From Octopus sinensis (taxonomy: Eukaryota), in the NCBI RefSeq assembly GCF_006345805.1, contig NC_043022.1:10478001-10542000 (forward strand): a DNA stretch of 64,000 nucleotides, written 5' to 3'. The translations under genes and the position numbers were made by a program. Positions 62,746 through 64,000 of this stretch are shown here, piece after piece. The number at the start of each line of letters is the position of its first letter. Position 1 is the stretch's first letter. The notes beneath the pieces were generated by a model. That model did no database searches. It was not told the origin of the DNA and worked only from the letters and a program-made list of their open reading frames with translations.

Positions 62746-64000
62746 GTAAGTAGCTTCTTAATATTTCTTGCAAGCTTGTGGTGGTGGTGGTGGTGGCAAC
62801 GCTTTCTAGTTTTTGTGCCTCATGTCAACACCAATAAAAAGGACTTGTGACATGATCAAAGGCACTTCAGCCTTGACCATCCCGTCCATTATTTTTTCTA
62901 TGGCGGTGAAATATAAGTTGATAGTAAAGCTTGAGGTATGTGGCAAATATTTACACCAATTTTCTACTATCAGCATTTCAAAAGATGTGGCTGGTCTTAC
63001 TTATGCCTTCACTATTCAGAACAAATCATTTGAGAGAGTTGAGTAGTCTAATAGCTGGTTATTGGACTCTCGTACATTGAAACCAGGGACGTGCTGCCTG
63101 GGTAGTCAAGGTAGGCAGTGCCTACTCTGAATAAAATAGATTGATAGTAACATTTTCCTTTTATAGCATAATATGCACCTAATTCAATAAAATTATGAAG
63201 GTTACTCTGATTACTATGTGTAAAATGCAAAATATTTTTTATTTTTTTGTAGATTAGGTAGGCATAATTCCCCCCTGCTCTTTCAATCTCAGTATTAAAG
63301 CTACGCATAGTACTGCTGCAGTACACATGCTGCGTACATTCCTACAACAAAGTTTTCTTTACGTGCTATAAAGGCAGAAATAAATCTGCCTCCAACTCGG
63401 TAATGCACCTGTGTTTCGCTTATTTTTTTGTGTTTTTTATTACATCACCAACTGCCTACCCTGAGTAATTACTGATGGAACGTGCCTGGTTGAAATCCAC
63501 TGAAGAATCTATGTATAATATACAAACATGTGTGTTATCATCGTCATTGTTTAACATCTGCCTTCCATGCTGGCATGGGTTGGACAGTTTGACAGGAGCC
63601 GGCCAGGCATAAGCCTGCACCAGACTTCTGTGTCGGTGTTAGCAAGGGTTTCCAGCTGTAAAAACCCTGCAAAAACAAATTACCCAGTAGAGTGGACTGA
63701 GCGCTTTTGACATGACACAAGCACAGGCAAGGTCAGTTTTGGCAAGGATTTTACAGCTGGATGCCCTTACAAATGCCAACCACTTCACAGTGTGAACTGG
63801 GGGCTTTTTAAGTGGCACCTGCACTGACAGGGTCACCAAGTAACTTTGCAAGACAAGAAACCTTTGAGAGGGGTGGGGGCGTTGGAGGAGGTCATCTTGT
63901 GTCAGGTGATGAATAGTTGGAGTGAGACAGGAATGGGTGTCTTGTAGAGGAGGTACAAGGTTACCCAGCCAGAGAGAAAAAGATCGGGAATGAGGACAGA

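Overview
Eukaryotic, AT-rich, repeat-dense animal DNA. The SINE/RTE repertoire suggests an octopus or other coleoid cephalopod (inference). The window is almost entirely one + strand gene encoding condensin I HEAT subunit CAP-D2 (NCAPD2). I traced 29 GT-AG coding exons from the ATG at 2498 to 62745 with consistent phases (3596 nt, about 1198 codons). The C-terminal exons lie beyond the window. The introns hold RTE and CR1 LINE 3' ends, three tRNA-derived SINE families, Helitron-, piggyBac-, hAT- and mariner-type elements, a solo LTR, and two minisatellites (26-bp and 25-bp units) that both appear to derive from one RTE 3'UTR motif. The most notable hidden signal is a set of minimal type-I hammerhead ribozyme motifs in Penelope-like relics. 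One is a 492-bp palindrome of two head-to-head tRNA-headed units, each carrying a hammerhead. No prokaryotic features or CRISPR arrays are present, and nearly all ORF-track entries outside the exons are repeat artefacts.
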